A DNA stretch of 38,139 nucleotides from Octopus bimaculoides (lineage: Eukaryota), in contig NC_068985.1 of NCBI RefSeq assembly GCF_001194135.2, positions 7,438,776-7,476,914 of the forward strand, given 5' to 3'. The position numbers and the translations under genes are program-made. Below are positions 35,174 through 38,139 of the stretch, in pieces. The first letter of the stretch is position 1; each line of letters begins with the position of its first letter. Below the pieces are notes generated by a model. That model was not told the DNA's origin, searched no databases, and saw only the letters and a program-made list of their open reading frames with translations.

Positions 35174-35866
35174 ACACATACATACTTCAATTCTCACTTG
35201 CAGCTGATAAAGCAGACTTATTATTTAAGCCTTTCAGCTGTGACCATCCTTTTTTTGTTATTTCATTTTATTTATTTTATTTATTCATTTTATTTATTTT
35301 ATTTATTTATATGAGCATGATGTATCTATGGCTACATTAACCAGAATGTCTTTGCTGTTTTTCGTTTGTTTGTTATTTTTTAAGAAAGTAAATGGTAATT
35401 TGAGGAAGCTTAAAGAAGCTCTAACTACTATTTCTTGCAATGGTTGTTGTTCAACTACTGTCACGAATGTGTTTTGATAATGTTAACTTCACAGTTCTTT
35501 GCCACAGAAGTCTATAATGAGAGCAGCATAAAACGATATGAAAAGGAAAAGTGAAAGAAAAGAAATAAACTGAAATCAATGCATCTCATAACCCTTTAAG
35601 CGTTGCTTGGATGGTTAAAGAAAACTGTCTTCGTATCGTTTATAGCAGGACGAGTCCAACTTTTCCTTCCCCCGTTCTTTTTATTGATTAGCTGCTTTCA
35701 TTGTCAGCTTGTAACAAGCAACGAACTTTGCTTTGTTACCAACCGAGACCACGAGTCTTTAGTGAATCACAGCTGCAACCATTATTGTCCTTAGGAAAAG
35801 CATGAATATTTCTTGATTTCATATCCCCGTTATTCCAATAAATACATCGTTGCAGTTGACGCTTTT

Positions 35867-36271
35867 ATATTTCTAATATTGTTATATCACCATACGATTC
35901 GGCGAACAGGCAGAACCGTTAGTAAATTCTCGCGAGGTCGACTTTGCCTTTCATCATTTCAGGGTCGATTAAATAAGTACCAGTTACGCACTGGGGTCGA
36001 TATAAACGACTTAATCCCTTTGTCTGTCCTTGTCTATCCCCCTCTATGTTTAGCCTCCTGTGGGCAATAAAGAAAGAAATATTTCTAATATGGTATATCA
36101 CCATACGATTCGGTGAACTGGCAGACCCGTTAGCAAATTCCGCCGTGGTCGATTTTGCCTTTCGTCATTTTGGATGTAGCAGTTGACTTCTGGGGTGGGT
36201 GTGATCGGCTTACACCCTCTACCGAAATTGCTAGTCTGTGCCAAAATTTGAAACTAATAGCATATATCACC
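35867..36271 (+). mobile_element. Two tandem internally deleted SINE family A copies with a shared 5' flank (period 212 bp)
   Basis: atatttctaatat...tatatcaccatacgattcgg(c/t)gaac at 35867 and 36079; both join gttag directly to aaattc. Confidence 0.75.
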
Positions 36272-36646
36272 NNNNNNNNNNNNNNNNNNNNNNNNNNNNN
36301 NNNNNNNNNNNNNNNNNNNNNNNNNNNNNNNNNNNNNNNNNNNNNNNNNNNNNNNNNNNNNNNNNNNNNNNNNNNNNNNNNNNNNNNNNNNNNNNNNNNN
36401 NNNNNNNNNNNNNNNNNNNNNNNNNNNNNNNNNNNNNNNNNNNNNNNNNNNNNNNNNNNNNNNNNNNNNNNNNNNNNNNNNNNNNNNNNNNNNNNNNNNN
36501 NNNNNNNNNNNNNNNNNNNNNNNNNNNNNNNNNNNNNNNNNNNNNNNNNNNNNNNNNNNNNNNNNNNNNNNNNNNNNNNNNNNNNNNNNNNNNNNNNNNN
36601 NNNNNNNNNNNNNNNNNNNNNNNNNNNNNNNNNNNNNNNNNNNNNN

Positions 36647-36689
<43 letters not shown>

Positions 36690-36714
36690 GTGTGTATGTA
36701 TATACAAGAGTGTG

Positions 36715-36930
36715 CATATATTTGTGTGTCTGTGTTTTCCCACCAGCATCGCTTGACAACCGATGCTGGTGTGTTTACGTTCCCTATCTTAGCAGTTCGG
36801 CAAAAGTAACCAATAGAGTAAGTACTAGGCTTACAAAGAATAAGTTCTGGGGTTTATTTGCTAGACTAAAGGCAGTGCTCCAGCATGGCCGTAGTCAAAT
36901 GACTGAAACAAATAAAAGAATAAAAGAATA
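36715..36930 (+). mobile_element. CORE-like SINE, 3' half (5' half probably in the gap)
   Basis: catcgcttgacaaccgatgctggtgtgtttacgt...cagcatggccgtagtcaaatgactgaaacaaataaaagaataaaagaata. Confidence 0.88.
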
Positions 36931-37239
36931 GCTATTTGCTAGAAATAGCAGTGTGATATTCCTGAGGCTACCTCAAATTTCCGTTTACTGTCTTACAAAG
37001 CATAGACAAATGGTTAAAAAGTTCATTTGAAAACCACGAAGCCCCAAGAAGTTCAATCCCAATGAATGAATGGCATGCTGTTCAAGTTTCTTTTGCCGTA
37101 GCTTCGAACTGACTCAATCCGTGCAAGTGAAACCGAGTAAACGGAACGGAAAATGTGCAGAAGCACATCGAGCAAACTGTACAAATAAAATATTCATCGC
37201 TGGAACAGACGGAAATCGATTTTTTACTACACCAAAAGC

Positions 37240-37350
37240 GGCGACCTACCAGAATCATCAGCACGCCGAACAAAATGCTTAGCGGCATTTCGTCCGTCAT
37301 TATATTCTGAGTTCAAATTCCGCCGAGGTCGATTGTGCTTTTCATTCTTA
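37240..37350 (+). mobile_element. SINE family A, 5' half
   Basis: gcacgccgaacaaaatgcttagcggcatttcg...ctgagttcaaattccgccgaggtcga. Confidence 0.75.
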
Positions 37351-38097
37351 TTGTTACCTCGTCCCTGACTTTAATATTGTAGCAGTTTTACATGAAACGG
37401 GGAGATTTATCTCTCACCCGCTTATTTCAGTTCAACTGGAACCAATAATCGAGTCTATAAGGGAACGTTTACGTTAATATTTTATACAATTCTAAGGCGG
37501 TGAGCTGGCAGAATCGTGAGCAATAGGATGCTGGAGTCGATGCAGTTCACAATTCCCTAACTTGACCCCAAACGTCAGGCTTTGTCCTTCGAGTACAAAG
37601 GTTTTTTATCACTCCTGTAACACGGGTTGATTAAAACAGTTGGTTCACAACATTGAGTATCTTTACACAAACATTACTGATTTTTCTCATGCTCTACGTG
37701 GCCCAGGATATTTCTCCCCCACAACTTCTGTATTCTTGTAGAACTACAGTATCCAACATGCCTTTTATTCAAGAAGATAGCATGAATTCCAGACAATTTA
37801 ACTGCTGTCTCTAGTATATCAACAAACCACGTAGACTGCCTTTCGTTGGTTCGATAAAAATATAGTCTTAACATCTATGAGGGAAATCAATATTGATTGT
37901 TGTTGTTGTTGTTGTTGTTTTATCTTAAAAGCTATTCTATATCTCTTTGAGCTTCCTATCATTTTTCTTTCATATCTCACTTTACTGTACACTGTGTTGT
38001 TTCATGTTCAACATGAGTTACCATAAGGTTTCATTGTCCTATACTGGCCGCTGTGCTAGTCGGCGTATATTTATGTGTGTGCCTGTGTGTGAGATAC

Positions 38098-38139
<42 letters not shown>

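Overview
AT-rich, repeat-dense, gapped eukaryotic draft-assembly DNA, most likely intronic or intergenic sequence from an octopus or related coleoid cephalopod (inferred from the SINE families; not verifiable here). I found no convincing host gene, true tRNA gene, rRNA or CRISPR array. Most ORFs in the supplied track are artefacts of microsatellites and N-gaps. The window contains (i) many tRNA-derived SINEs of at least three families, several with 15-18 bp target-site duplications; (ii) a stack of three decayed R4/Dong-type restriction-like-endonuclease (RLE) retrotransposon fragments at 11.3-13.6 kb, plus a fourth near 0.9 kb; (iii) a decayed I/Jockey-group LINE reverse transcriptase at 26.3-27.2 kb; (iv) a Penelope-like GIY-YIG remnant at 18.3-18.7 kb; and (v) fold-back hairpins and microsatellites. 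The most interesting signal is three minus-strand hammerhead-ribozyme (HHR)-like motifs: a near-canonical minimal one at 22295-22340, a relic between AT tracts at 3437-3476, and a degenerate core forming the apical loop of a ~375-bp fold-back at 1392-1767. A 35-bp terminal sequence shared in inverted orientation links the first HHR element to a tRNA head at 967-1078. This suggests a tRNA-headed, hammerhead-bearing, non-autonomous Penelope-type element bounded by terminal inverted repeats (TIRs).
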